A DNA stretch of 64,000 nt from Octopus bimaculoides (GCF_001194135.2 NC_068990.1:33053601-33117600); one strand, 5' to 3'; counted from the stretch's first letter, positions 25,351 to 38,900 are shown. Translations and numbers: made by a program. Notes: a model not told the origin generated them from the sequence alone.

Positions 25351-26554
25351 TCTGTGAAGAAATGTCTGTAGAAACAAATAATGGCAGTCAGAGTTCTGGA
25401 AAACTGTATAATCATGGGTAATGGCTTGGGTGAAGTGCTTATTTGTGAGGTTTGTGGGTTAGATCTGTCATTGATGAAAGGGGTAAAAAAAAATAATACA
25501 ACAGAAGAAGATATGAAAGGAAATCAAGAAAAATAGAAAATTAAAAAATAAAAACAATACAATGATGAAGAAAGAAGAGGGAAAAGAAATGAAAGAAAAT
25601 AAATTGAAATATGTTATGAAGAGGATATAGATATTGTCTGTATAGATATAATTATCTGACTAAAAATACAGAGAGAATGACAAAGATTTCTTTGGCTTTC
25701 ATATTTACCAAAAAGACATTTATTGAAAGTAGAAATGAAAGGATGGAAAAATATAAATAAAAACCATATTTTTTAGTACTTTTTGGCCGCCTGTTCTTTC
25801 CATTTATAAATAATCTGTGTAGTAGAATGCAAGCCCCTTGGCTAAATTATTCTCATTGCTTTGCTAAATCTATTTTATTTCACCGACAGTGTTGTTGCTC
25901 TTGGCAAAAATGTGGGGTTTACAATATGGCATTGGTCCATGCTTTTATGTCTGTGACTTTTATTCTGGTTGTAAAAATAGAAATCAATATTCACTTTGCA
26001 GAAGGGAAGAGTAAGAGGAGGAAGTAAAGAGAAAGGAAAGGAGAAGAAAAATGAAAAGGAGAAGAAAGGGGAGAGGAGCAACAGGGAAAACGAAACAATT
26101 AAAAGATCAGTCAACATGTTCTAGGGAGTTTATGTTGTTCCTGGGCAAGATATGTTATGGTGTCCAATTTGATTTAGTTGTTAGGAGATTGGTAACAGAT
26201 CAGGTATTTAATCTTCTGAGTAAACATTGAGTAACCATTCCAGTGAAGCCTCCTTTTAAAGCTCCTGTACAATTTACTGCTACAGGACCACAACGAAGAA
26301 TGAGAAGGCTAATGAAAGCTAATGAAGAGTATCACAGAAATTTTGTTTTTACTAAGTTACATTGGAGGTGGAAATAATTACTGGTATCTCGAACTGATAT
26401 CTTGAAAGTAGGTGAGAAAGCATAAAATATTTTTTACATGCTCGTGCAGGCATTCTGTGACTTGTGAACTTGATGCCACTAATGCTTCATTAAGGTTGCT
26501 GCATGAGGGCAGGTGGCCCAGTTGTTAGGCTGTGGTGTTGCATTCAAGCTCATG

Positions 26555-28167
26555 TGATTTTTACGCATTTTCCTCGCAAAAACAAAAACAAATTTTAGTG
26601 GGTGCGTAAATTACACGAGTAGATCATTTCCAGAATTTTTTCAGAAATTTTTTTGTTGAAAAATGACGTACAAATGTAAACATTTGTACCAGAATTTGAC
26701 TCATTTAATGTCAGAATAGGTTTTTACAGAAAAAATAATATAATGAAGGTTGACTTTTATTTATTCTGGATGGTATAATGCTTACTTTTTCTGTATTAAT
26801 TTATTACAACCATTAAATGGTTAACTACTTTTTGAAGTTTGTCATTCATGCTGGTAATCATGGTCCAGGCCTTATTCTACATTGCTTGGAGTTTCTACCT
26901 GTTGCAATGGAGGCCAGCAATTTCCTTAAGAAGTCTAGTTTGCGTTTGCCTCCAGGAAGCTATTGTTCGCTTTCTCCGCCTTAGGACAATGAAATTCATC
27001 ACCACTGACATTGCTGCTACCAGTTCTTACTGCATCTAATGTCGACGATAACATCATAATTTATCCTTGTGCAAGTAAACTCATTAAGTGAATATGACTT
27101 AGCGTTCCTACAGAAACCTTCATTTACCTAATATGATGTTTAATGTCATTTCATATTCATGTTGAATTATACAGCAATCTTATGTTCTTTTCATAGAACA
27201 CTTGTATATATTACCGGTTCTTTTGGTATAGTAGATTTTTGCTATTCACAGACATGTATATTCTCTTCACAGACGTGTATATTCTAACAAGTCACTTCTT
27301 AAATTTCGCACCTCTCTTGTTAAACTTCCAAAGCTGTTTATTTTCTCCTTTCGCACCTCTCTTGTTAAACTTCCAAAGCTGTTTATTTTCTCCTTTCGAT
27401 TTTTAATGTTTATTATGGTGGGTTACCAAACTATCAGTTTGGTCTCCTGGCTAAAACAGTAATGACAAATTTTAAAGTTTGCTTGACATTTTATAAGAGT
27501 GAAAGGCGGTGCTCCAGCATGGCCACAGTCAAATGACTGAAACAAGTAAAAGAATAAAAGAATATTCCATACCAAAGGTTCCAAACAGAATAGGCAGAAA
27601 ATCAGAGCTTCAGACAAGAAGTCACTTTCGATCAATCAGAATTCTGTTTATTTAATCAGTTTGAACAGTCACCTTCCTCTGTTGGTTGAGTAAAGTGTCA
27701 TCTGAGATGATGTTTATTGGTAATTAAACTTATTTTGCAACACTTGTGTGTATTTTACAGCTTTGTTTTTGGTGATAAGAATTAAAAACAACTTTTCCTG
27801 TGATTGTGATTTGAGAAGACATACAGAAGTATACTAAAGATCGGGCATAATCTCTTGTGGGCAAGAAATGTAAAATAAAGTTAATCATAAACAACACAAA
27901 TACTTTGTAATTTAATAGCTTTCAATGTGATGTCTGTTAAACAGAAATTATTTTTATTTAATGAAAATTTAATAAAATCTAATCATAAGTAAGTAAAATT
28001 ATGCTAAATACAACTAAATTGAAAACCTTTTCCCCCGCTGGCCATATCAGCAATTCTGAAAACTTGGGTGTGAATTTTATACAAGTAGGAGCTTTTTTTA
28101 ACAATTTTTATTCTGAAAATCACCTGTGTAAATTACAAAGGTGCGCAAATTACATTGGTTTTTATAG
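26555..28167. mobile_element. pogo/Tigger-like (Tc1/mariner superfamily) decayed element
   Basis: Subterminal motifs gggtgcgtaaattacacgagta (about 26600) and ggtgcgcaaattacattggtttttatag|ta (28140-28169). Minus-strand RRRKRTIASWRQ…LLKE is weakly CENP-B-HTH-like. A SINE tail is inserted at about 27420-27565. Confidence 0.55.
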
Positions 28168-29739
28168 TATTAGATTTTTCACTATTTGCTCTTTTTAAAA
28201 TTTCAAACAGCTCCGTGCAGCAAAGCCTGCACCCATATCTGCAGCTTGAGTACAGTTTAAAGCCTTGTTGGTAGATGTGGTAGCCAGAAACGGAAAGAAG
28301 CCAATTGTACATGTATATATATGATGTGTATATGTGCAGTTGTGTGTGTACATGTGTGCATGCGTGCATGTGTGTGAGTTTGTTTCCCCCCACCACCACC
28401 TCTGCTGGTGTGTTTATGTCCCCATAATTTAGCAGTTTGGCAAAGGACGTCGATAGAATAAATACCAGGCTTTAACAATATGCTGTGGTTGATTCATTCA
28501 AGCAAAAATTCTGCAAGGTAGTGCTCCAGCATGGCTGTAGTTTGAGACTGAATCAAGTAAAAGATAACGATAAAAGATATATGTGTGTGTGTGTGTGTAT
28601 TCTTTTATTTTTTTAATTGTTCCAGTCATCTGACTGAAGCCATGCTGGAGCACCACCTAAAATTTCAGATCAGTAGAATATATAATATATATTAACATAT
28701 AAATATATAAAAATATCTGAAGTCTTGTAGTGCTTTCTAAATTTAATTGTGTCAATCTTGCTAAAACTAAAGGGTTTGATGAAACACAATTAGCACTGTG
28801 TAAAAAGAAAACAAAAACAATAAAACACATCTACTGCATTCATTTGGTTAAAATTTGTCAATACAAGATACGTAATATTCATTAGTGTACATTGTAAATA
28901 TGGTTTATACTTGCTGCTAATTTTTTACCTGTTGTCATAAAATTATTCCTGCCTAGGTAAGATGAGTATAGTGACGTTGGCAAAATGGAAGTGTTTTCAC
29001 CTATATTATCAAAAATATCGATTACTGGGCACCAACTCCAAATCAAAATCTTTAATAATTAATTAAATAATAACTAAATCATTAATAAATAATGTCACCA
29101 AACTATTATGGTATTAATTGCAATTAAGTTAAAAAATGAAAAGAACTTCAAAGAAAATTTCTTTACAAAGCACGAAAAACATAAACATGGGGTGTTAACA
29201 AGAAACCTTTTGATATAAGGTTTTTTCTAAAATGAGGACAGATTTTGTTTCTCCTACAGAAAGTGCTTAATTTCAATTTTGAATCCCTAAACAACATTAT
29301 TTGAACTCCGGTTTGCTGTGATTTGGGATTTAATGACAGCAGCAGGTGTCTGTGGTATAGGACTTTTAGAGTTAAAAAGAATGAAATGTGGAAAATAATC
29401 AAGATATATATTAGAATAAACATACATGTTGTATATATTCTTTACCTGGATATGTATCCATGTTTCGAGTTCAAATGTGCATAAAAAAATTATATACACA
29501 AAGAGAATGAATATTCAATATATTCTCCAACTGAAAAACTATTTTGTTATAATGCACACTATTTTAATGATGTACTGAGAATTGGATTTAAAGAGAAACT
29601 AATATCTATATGTGTGTGTGTATGTGTGTGTATGTGTATGTGTGTGTGTGTGTGTGTATGTGTGTCAATATGTATGTATATGTATGCGCTAGAACGAAAC
29701 CAGAAAAATAGTAGAACTATGAAAATAGAAAAACTAGGA

Positions 29740-30330
29740 ATACAAAAATCATCTAATTTAATCTAACTTTTAGTATGAATGTAGTGTCCAACATAGCTAG
29801 AAAAATCTGAATGTAGATAAAAAAATATTTCTCCATCAACCATAAGTACCACAAGCTGTTTAAAAAGCAGCTTAAAAGTTAGCAATATTTGTGTGAGAAA
29901 AAACATTGACTCACAGATAGCTCAGGGTGATAAGACTAACGTCACACTTTGAAGCAAATCACATTATTCACCAAAATGTAACTTCACAATAAAATATCCA
30001 GTTTATTCAAAAGAAAGCGTCTCACAAAAAGTTCTATTATACCAAATGAAAGTATAATCCAAAGATGGTATCAGTAAGGATTATATTGGGTACACAGAAA
30101 ATATGCTGAAAGGGACCTGTGTGCAATATAGTTTCTCTTTCAGTAACAAAAAGGAAGTAGATAAAGAATTCTACTTCACTCTCTCAGTATATCTGGAGAC
30201 TGAAAGAGAAAGAGAATAGAAGTGATAACTCAGTAAACAAGTCCAGAATTGAAATCATAAACCTTAGGTTAAAGGATCAAAAAAATGCCTGCACTTGATC
30301 CCAAATACCTGCAAGAATTACAAGAACTGA
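29740..30330 (+). mobile_element. Penelope-like element fragment (linker + GIY-YIG)
   Basis: FSMNVVSNIARK…KYFSINHKYHKLF…; KDYIGYTEN…STSLSQYIWRLKEKE, frameshifted. Confidence 0.8.
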
Positions 30331-30539
30331 ATGCAGTTAAAACGCTCTTGGTAACAACATCTGATTATAACAGTAATATCCACTAATCAGGAAGAAATAT
30401 AATTAAAAATTGATCAATGATATTAAGGTAAAACTGTGAACAAATTTTGTGCTTTTATTTAAAAACAAAGCAAATGAATCTTTAGTTTCAAATAAATGAA
30501 TATGACCATATATGCATACAGATACATATGCAGAATATG

Positions 30540-30700
30540 CATGTAGCTGTATGATAAGAAGTTTACTTCCGAACCACCTGGTTCTGGGTTCAGTCCCACT
30601 GCATAGCACTTTGGGAAAGTGTCTTCTACTACAGCCTCGGATTGACCAAAGCCTTGTGAGTGGATTTGGTAGATGGAAACTGAACAAAAAGCCAGTCATA
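30540..30700 (+). mobile_element. SINE family B, 5' part (runs into gap)
   Basis: ctgggttcagtcccactgcatagcactttgggaaagtgtcttctactacagcctcgg…gtgagtggatttggtagatggaaactg. Confidence 0.85.
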
Positions 30701-31044
30701 TATGTGTNNNNNNNNNNNNNNNNNNNNNNNNNNNNNNNNNNNNNNNNNNNNNNNNNNNNNNNNNNNNNNNNNNNNNNNNNNNNNNNNNNNNNNNNNNNNN
30801 NNNNNNNNNNNNNNNNNNNNNNNNNNNNNNNNNNNNNNNNNNNNNNNNNNNNNNNNNNNNNNNNNNNNNNNNNNNNNNNNNNNNNNNNNNNNNNNNNNNN
30901 NNNNNNNNNNNNNNNNNNNNNNNNNNNNNNNNNNNNNNNNNNNNNNNNNNNNNNNNNNNNNNNNNNNNNNNNNNNNNNNNNNNNNNNNNNNNNNNNNNNN
31001 NNNNNNNNNNNNNNNNNNNNNNNNNNNNNNNNNNNNNNNNNNNN

Positions 31045-31095
<51 letters not shown>

Positions 31096-31212
31096 TACAC
31101 ATGCAGAATAGTATTCCCATATATACATACAGAAAGAAACATAAGAAGAATCTGACTATAAAGAAGGCAAGATAACCAAGTGGTGGACACAATGTAGTTT
31201 CATCACTTAAAA

Positions 31213-31459
31213 CAGGGTTTCTCAACCAGAATGCACATGATCCCTGGGAGTCCATATAAGTTTTATGTGCAACAAATTACTTCCACCTGCACAGTACACA
31301 AAATGCTTTAACAATTCTATTATATAATTCCTAAGAGTATTTAACTATAAAAATATAATAGGGTTTATTTTATAAATATTGAATGGGTATGAGGGTCCAG
31401 TACGAGGGTAAAATAGGAATCCAAGGGGTCTGTAGGCAAAATGTGGTTGAGAAACACTG
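31213..31459. mobile_element. hAT (Charlie-like) MITE
   Basis: TIRs cagggtttctcaacc / ggttgagaaacactg (14/15). 8-bp TSD acttaaaa / acttaaat. Confidence 0.88.
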
Positions 31460-31493
31460 ACTTAAATATGATCATAGTAAAAGAGGTAATCTA

Positions 31494-31745
31494 TATACAG
31501 TAATCTGTCACTATATCGCGGTTCACTTATCATGGTTCACCTATTATGGTTTATTATTGAAGCTTACGTCGATTCCTCTGTGGTGTTGTTTTGCATTTAA
31601 AATAAAAGAAATATATACAAATTATAAAAATAAAAAAATATACAATATAGAACTGCTTCTATTTTGAGAATGTTCACCTATCGTGTGTGTGTGTGTGTGT
31701 GTGGGGGGGAACATAACACCCGTGATATATATAGAGGGGGCATGT
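31494..31745. mobile_element. Tigger-like MITE remnant
   Basis: ta|cagtaatctgtcactatatcgcggttcac… The degenerate right end gaacataacacccgtgata…gaggggg is interrupted by (GT)n. Confidence 0.55.
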
Positions 31746-32079
31746 GTGTTTAAAAACATTAATTGAAAGAGCTCACACACTAGAAAAAAACTTCTTCCCA
31801 AAAATTGTTATTAATATCCTGATAAAAGATTTCATTACATTTTTTAAAACATAATTCTTTTAAACATATCACCTTTATACTTTAANNNNNNNNNNNNNNN
31901 NNNNNNNNNNNNNNNNNNNNNNNNNNNNNNNNNNNNNNNNNNNNNNNNNNNNNNNNNNNNNNNNNNNNNNNNNNNNNNNNNNNNNNNNNNNNNNNNNNNN
32001 NNNNNNNNNNNNNNNNNNNNNNNNNNNNNNNNNNNNNNNNNNNTATATATATATACATACACACACACACACACATATC

Positions 32080-32370
32080 ATCATCATCATCATCGTTTAG
32101 CATCTGCCTTCTGTGCTGGCATGGGTGGGATGGTTTGACAAGAGCTGGCCAGGCAGAATCTTGCACCAGACTTCTGTGACTGCTTTGGCTGGATGCTCTT
32201 CCTAACACCAACCACCCAGCAGAGTAAACTTGGTGCTTTTTACATGGCACAAGCATAGGTGAGGTTAGTTTTGGCAAAGTTTTTACAGCTGGATGCCCTT
32301 CCAAACACCAACCACTTTACAGTGTGGACTGGATGCTTTTTAAGTGGCACCTACACTGACAGGGTCACCA
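32080..32370 (-). mobile_element. RTE-type 3' UTR (family C)
   Basis: catcatcatcgttt…gctggcatgggtggga…cagctggatgcccttcc. Confidence 0.75.
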
Positions 32371-33319
32371 AGTAACTTGCAAGACAAATATCTTTTGAGA
32401 GAGGAGGGGGAATTAGAGGCAGTGATCTTGTGTCAGATGATGAAAGGTTACAGTGAGACAGAGATACAGAAACAGGTGTCTTGCTGTAGGGGAGGTATAT
32501 ATACAACAACTTCTGTCTACCAAATCCACTCATAAGGCTTTGGTTACCTGGGCTATAGTAGAAGACACTTGTCCAAGATGCTATACAGTAGGATAAAACC
32601 TAGAACCAAGTGATTTGGAATCAAACTTTACCACACAGCCATATTTTGAAACTTATTAGCAAGATGAGGAATATTAAAATTAATGGTAAAGTTTATCATG
32701 GAATTCACCGGATAAACAACACATTCTATGCATTCAACAATTATAGCTTATTTAGTGTTGAACATATCTTAGTTTTTATATCTCAGTATTTATGTTATAG
32801 TCTAGCATGAGAAAGAAATAAAAGTGGGGGGAACAAAATAAAAAAGATAATAAAAAAATAACAGCAGAAAATACTAACTTGGGTGACATGAAGAAGCAAA
32901 AGACATTCGTAAGAGAATTGGTTAAAAACTAAGCAACTGAAGTACTTCAGTGTTTACACAATGACATCGAGCTAACGAGATAATTTCATTTACTAATAAG
33001 ATTCATCCTAAGATGTTTACTGAATATTCTACTTCTTAACTTAATTGGTTTCTTGTTATAATTGTTTTACTGATAGGATATGTGGGTGAGAGGAGATTGG
33101 TAGAGATGTGGTAGGAGGCTGGAGAGGAGAGTGGGGTGAAGCAATTGGACAAAAGACTAAATGTGATGACATTTAGTTTCAGCAACAAAAACAACTAATA
33201 GCAGTGATTTCATTATGTAAGTGATTGATGGTTTGGCAGATGCAGTGGAGTTGTTAAAATTCTGTTGCTATGTGCCTTTTGTGCTTTGATTTCAAACCTT
33301 GCTGGTGCTGATTTTCTCT

Positions 33320-33421
33320 TTTATTATGGTGGAATTTGAACTCAGAACATGCAGACTGACAAAATACCACTAAGCATTTCACCCACCATGCTAACAATTC
33401 TGCCAGCTGGTTACCTTAATG

Positions 33422-33455
<34 letters not shown>

Positions 33456-33632
33456 TAATAATAATAATCCTTTCTACTATAGGCACACAGTCTGGATTTT
33501 GTGGAGAGGGAGACAGTCGATCACATCGACCCCAGTACTCGACTGGTACTTAATTTATCGATCCCAAAAGGATGAAAGGCAAAGTTGACCTCGGTGGAAT
33601 TTGAACTCAGAACATAATGGCAGACAAAATAC
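33320..33632 (-). mobile_element. Two tandem family A SINE pieces separated by (AAT)n
   Basis: Pieces at about 33320-33418 and 33465-33632; the second begins cctttctactataggcac immediately after (aat)n. Confidence 0.85.
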
Positions 33633-33696
33633 TTAATGTATATATATATATATACATATATACACACATACATATATACATTTATATATATCTATA

Positions 33697-34118
33697 TTCT
33701 TTTATTCTGTTACTTGTTTCAGTCATTTGACTGCGGCCATTCAGGAGCACTGCCTTTAGTTGAACAAATCGACCCCAGGACTTATTTTTTGTAAGCCTAG
33801 TACTTATTCTACTAGTCTCTTTTGCCAAGCCACTAAGTTAGAGGGACATAAACCCACTAACATCGATTGTCAAGCGATGGTGGGAGGGCAAACACAGACA
33901 CACAAACCAGCACACACACACATGCGCGCATGGACCCCCACCCCCCACACATATATGACGGGCTTCTTTTAGTTTCCGTCTACCAAATTCACACACAAGG
34001 CTTTGTTCAGCCCAAGGCTATAGTAGCATACACTTGCCTGAGGTGCCACATAGTGGAGCTAAACCTGGAACCATATGGTTAGGAAGCAAGGCTTCTTACC
34101 AAACAGCCACTCCTGCAC
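33697..34118 (-). mobile_element. Full-length SINE family B
   Basis: Reverse complement of 50548-50949, including the tRNA-like head and aaaagaat-type tail. Confidence 0.9.
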
Positions 34119-34699
34119 TTATCACCTATATACACACATACATATAAGTTGTAACTATATTTTGCAATCAATGTGTACCACACTCAGTGAATTACAGCCC
34201 TTCAGTCATAAGTCCGATCCTTTCCAATGAGCTTTTATACAGTTTCTTCTGCCCAATTTCATTCACACAGCTTCAGTGGACCTAATACTACACCGTAAAA
34301 GATAATTTAGCTAGATGCCATGCAGTGGAATTGAGCCTCTAATTTAACTTCATTATTGCCTAGGAAACTTATCAGTAATCCAGCCATGTTCCATCCATCC
34401 ATACACACACACACTCACACATACATGTGTGTGTGTGTGTGTGTGTATATATGTTTGTATATGTACATGTGTATTGCTCAAGTTCTAAAAAGTCTCTGCA
34501 AGCGTGTGTGTGCAGGTAGGTAGGTATGCATATTATGTATGACTTGATATATTTTCAGTTCATTCCATTTACATTGTATATTCTATATATACATACACAT
34601 GTGCTTTTTGTGGGATGGAACCCCTACAGTCCAGCTGTCATTCAGGAACAAGCAGGACTAAATAGGATGCCCTCTGCTATTGGTGATTGTTTTGGGTGC

Positions 34700-35950
34700 C
34701 AATTTCACATATACAACTGTTATTAACACCAATATAGGTATTATAATGAATACAAGGAAATGACTGCTTTTTCACAGTAATGCCTTTTGGATGAAAAAGA
34801 ATGAAGATGAACTATTTAATGTCACCATAGGAAGACATCATGGAGCAGAGGTAGCAGATCTGGATGGTCTCTGCATCCTACATGGAATATAGGCTTATAT
34901 AGGGACAACAATTTAGGAGCAGGTACATAAGAATGGTAGTAATATGGATAAGAAAAATGTTATGCAAAATATTTAGTCAACTTAATTTAAAGAACACAGT
35001 TATCACTGATCTTATGCTCATTTCCTAGACATGAAAATAAATCATAGTACAGGCAAATATGAACTTTTTCATAAATCAAATAAGGAAACTCCTGCATTGA
35101 CAAAGGTTTTGATAATCCGTCATCAATGATTAAACAATTAATAGCATTAACAAGTGTGTTTTCAAGTTATCCTCTGGTGAAGCAACTTTCAAAAAGGTAG
35201 CTCCATATTACAACACTACAATAGAAAGATCTAATTTTAAAAACAATATAAACTATATTTGAACCAAATTTAGAGTGGACAAAAAGATAGAGATGTAGCA
35301 AAATTTTGTGATATAAACCTCCATATAATACAAGCATAGGTACAAGTGTGGCTAAGATGATTTCTGAGACTTATAGATACCCATTTCCCACACTCTCATA
35401 AATATCGCCAGATATTTAATAGAAACGTGGTTAAAGTTAGCTATAGTTGCCTCTTAAACATAATATCAATGATCTTCAATTACAATTTGAAAAATAGCAT
35501 TAGGAACACCTCTCATAGATCTTAAATTTATAGATCCCACAATAACTGTCATCTGAAAAATATATGCCTGGAAAAAGAACTGATTTACAAAACTAACATC
35601 ACTGACACGGATGGGATCGTAAGAATGTACATTGGAATGAATGGAAATAGCTTCATGGAAAGACACTTGCAACACTTGGCTTCATTTAGAGATAAGCACA
35701 ACAGACACATCTTTATCTCAGATGACATGGAACCTTAATGACAGGAGCGTGGACAACCACCCCCTTATAAAATGGAGCATTGTAGCTAAGACCAGTAAAT
35801 ACACGGAACAAAGCAACAGATAGAACCTCTGTATCACAGAAATAAAACACCATAATTACAATGGCAAATATTAAGAACATTAGGGAAGAAACTTTCTCAC
35901 TTTGTATGCACAAACGACAAGTACAAAATTTTAAGTATAAATACCTCATC
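34700..35950 (+). mobile_element. Penelope-like element (RT remnant + GIY-YIG endonuclease)
   Basis: LFHSNAFWMKKNEDELFNVTIGRHHGAEVADL (PLE RT motif); KPPYNT…THFPHSHKYRQIFNRNVVKVSYSC; IYKTNI…MYIGMNGNSF…TSLSQMTWNL…IKWSIVAK…NLCITE. Confidence 0.9.
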
Positions 35951-36229
35951 ACCTGTCCAACCAGGATAAATTTAAGGTAATCTGTTATTATTGATTATGT
36001 ATGCAATATGCATATTAGACATATATTCCCAAGAACTTATGGTGGAATTCTTAACTGCACACTAATATATATCATATATATAACACACACACATGCAAGA
36101 CATAACATATATCTTATGAACTCACATTTAAAACCTTCGAAAACTTCCTAAATAATATAATACAGATGAATACACATTCACAAAATGCAGGCATGTCACA
36201 AGTCATGTACATACATGCATATATATTTC

Positions 36230-36267
<38 letters not shown>

Positions 36268-37747
36268 TGGGATATTGATACATTCTCATGTATCAATATC
36301 TCATTTCCTTACATGATGCTATTAATATATCTTGAGCTCAAATTCTGGAAAAAAGCCAAGGAAGATAAAAACGAAAGAAATCCCTAAAGAGTTGTCTTCT
36401 CTTATGTTTATCTATTTATTCTGAAATCCTGTATATTCTAATGTATGTCATGTTGTTCCATTCAAAATGGAGGCGATACCAACATATTTAAGTAGCTTGC
36501 TTGAAAAATGAAATTGTAGAATTTCTGTCCATGTGAAACTATTGGTAGCATTATTAATGCACATGCACACATGCGCGCACACACACACATGCTCACCACC
36601 TATACATGCACAAAATAGAAGAAAACAGGTTTCAAGGAGACAAAAGTTCATCATCTGTAGAGCAGTATAATAAAATGTGTTGTGTCCTGTTGACTTGCAC
36701 ATAGATATGCAAAGAATTAAATGAAAGTTTAGCCTCATTAGAGAATTAAATGAGAGTGTAAGTGATTTGGAATGGCTACACTCACAAATTAAATTATATT
36801 TTTTTATTACAACAAAAATGAATTCTTTGAAGATTAAGTAACATCAATAAAATATTCTAAATAACACTGAATAAAAATATTAAATAACTGAGGGGAAAAT
36901 AAAATACAAGAAAGAATATTCATTATCCTCAATATCAGAATGAAATATATTCTATAGGTTAGTAGTGTTTACCTAGCATCCTAGCAGTACTCTGTCCAGT
37001 TTCTGGAAGTATGTTCTGTACTTAAAGATATCAACAGAATGGCTACAAGAAAATGTCACTTGATTAAGAACACATTGCAGTATTCTAAATAACAATGGAA
37101 CAAGTTCTATTTTATGATGTAGTCCCTTCACATATTTCTTTGAGTCTTCAGTGTTCTCTCACTATTGATTAGAACATGTCATGGGAATTCATTGGTGGTG
37201 CCGTCTATGATCACATGTTTAACAATATCAGAATTAAATAGTTTTTGATATATTTTGAGATGAGTCGCTGTTATTGGAATTTTGACGCCAAATATATTGA
37301 TTAAAAACATTTTCTGTTTTTTTTTAATGTCCACCTACCTACTGTGAAAACAAGCTTTTGAAATGTATGTAAAACATGGAGATATATTCCGTATATTCAT
37401 GAAATACTTTTAGAGAGAGACTAATCGTGTTGTTAGGTGGTTGCTATGGCAGCTAAACTAATAAGATCATCATTACCATAATCATCATCAACACCATCAT
37501 CATCTTTGGAACTTGTGGTGGTAGGGGACCCATCACGGTTGCCATCATCATTGTCATATTCAGTATAATATAACCAGATTATTAACTCGTTGGACTAAAA
37601 ACTCGAAGTCCAAAATTTCCATTTTGCCAGAGGCATTAGGTTAGCTATCTACAGAACAACATTCAACAAACCGTCGTTATTGGTTTTGGTGCCAAAAACA
37701 TTCATTACAAAAAAGAGAATAAAAATAAAAACAAAATATCCACTTAC

Positions 37748-37843
37748 CTTTCTATGATTGCTGGTTTTCACTGGGTCATAATTGAAATTCAAGTGAGACA
37801 TGGACAAGTCTTTTGGATTTACATAAAATTGTTTTATGAAGAA
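37748..37843 (-). pseudogene. Degenerate tandem duplicate of the 3' half of the AGBL4 exon (pseudo-exon)
   Basis: FFIKQFYVNPKDLSMSHLNFNYDPVKTSNHR aligns without gaps to VFPKLLRMNAEDFSMSNTNFNRDAVKAGTGR (62/93 nt, 14/31 aa by hand count). It keeps AG|GTAAGTGG but has a 1-nt insertion before the donor, and in-frame TGA codons lie upstream. Confidence 0.85.
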
Positions 37844-37909
37844 TCAATTTCACCTCCCCAATACCCAAAAAGTTGCAACAGTTATTAAACAGATTGTTGT
37901 TGATGTTGC

Positions 37910-37946
<37 letters not shown>

Positions 37947-38226
37947 GTGATTGCCATGACAATGATGATGATGATGCTGATATGATCAAATAATTAAATA
38001 TATTCGATTATCAGCCCCCAAACCAGGATTTCAACCTTTGATGTAACAATAGGTTGTCTATTGAAGAGAATTTTATATTAAACTGTGTAGTGAATCTTTG
38101 TTATTGGGTTTTGGCATCAGAAAAATATAGGTTATTGACAAAAAGAAGAAAAACGAACAAAATATATAAAAAAACAAATAAAAAAAAAACTATTGAAAAG
38201 AACTGTATTCAAAATATTCCACTTAC

Positions 38227-38429
38227 CTTCTACCAGTGCCGGCTTTCACAGCATCTCGGTTGAAATTTGTGTTTGACATGGAGAAATCTTCAGCATTCAT
38301 ACGAAGTAGTTTTGGGAAGACTGATTGTTTCTCTAGACGGTCAACATCATCGTAAGTGTTACCATACATAAAACCATTCATGAGGGTTGAATGTGCATGA
38401 ATGTCAATGTAGAATTCAACATCATATTG
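38227..38429 (-). CDS. AGBL4: Internal exon of cytosolic carboxypeptidase 6 (M14 family tubulin deglutamylase)
   Basis: Acceptor ctctgtgtatttcacAG and donor AG|GTAAGT bound 203 nt (phase 0 to 2) encoding QYDVEFYIDIHAHSTLMNGFMYGNTYDDVDRLEKQSVFPKLLRMNAEDFSMSNTNFNRDAVKAGTGR. This closely matches vertebrate AGBL4 as I recall it (LEFYIDIHAHSTMMNGFMYGN…FPKLL…NAEDFS…FNRDAVKAGTGRR). It contains the D-x-H-x-H zinc-ligand motif. Confidence 0.93.
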
Positions 38430-38699
38430 CTGTGAAATACACAGAGGTAATAAAGAATTAAGATAACTTCAAGAAATACTCATACAACAAAAAACAAAAT
38501 GACATACTAGAAAGAAATTTATTCAAAACTGACATTTATAATCAATGTTCCAGGGTGATGTAGGTTGGATATTTTAGCTTCTAAATTTTTCTCTTAATTC
38601 TTATATTTATCCTCCAAACTTGCAAGACTTTCTGAATCATTCTACAATATAATAGTTTTTCAATTTCTCCTCATTCTAAGTACATATCCATTTAAGAAT

Positions 38700-38900
38700 A
38701 AGGCAGCAGCAAGCTGGCAGAACAGCACACAAGACAAAATCATTAGTAGTATTTCTTCTAGTTTTACTGCAGAGGTCAACTTTGTCCTTCATCCTTTCAA
38801 GGTCAATGAAAATTCTACCTATTGAGCACTGGGGTTGAAGCAATCGACTATCCTCATTTCACCCAAAATTTCAGGCCTTATGCCTGTAGTAGAAAGGATT
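38700..38900 (+). mobile_element. SINE family A with (ATT)n tail
   Basis: aaggcagcagcaagctggcagaa…catcctttcaaggtc…cactggggttgaagcaatcgac…gcctgtagtagaaagg attattatt. Confidence 0.85.

Noticed and set aside
28935-28962. Plus-strand ttattcctgcctAG|GTAAGA, a recursive-splice-like motif
   Set aside because: It is antisense to the only identified gene and has a weak pyrimidine tract; such motifs are expected by chance.
29287-29375. Possible AGBL4 terminal exon (SPIPQTPAAVIKSQITANRSSNNVV*)
   Set aside because: No recognisable homology, weak acceptor, and the intervening conserved exons were not found.
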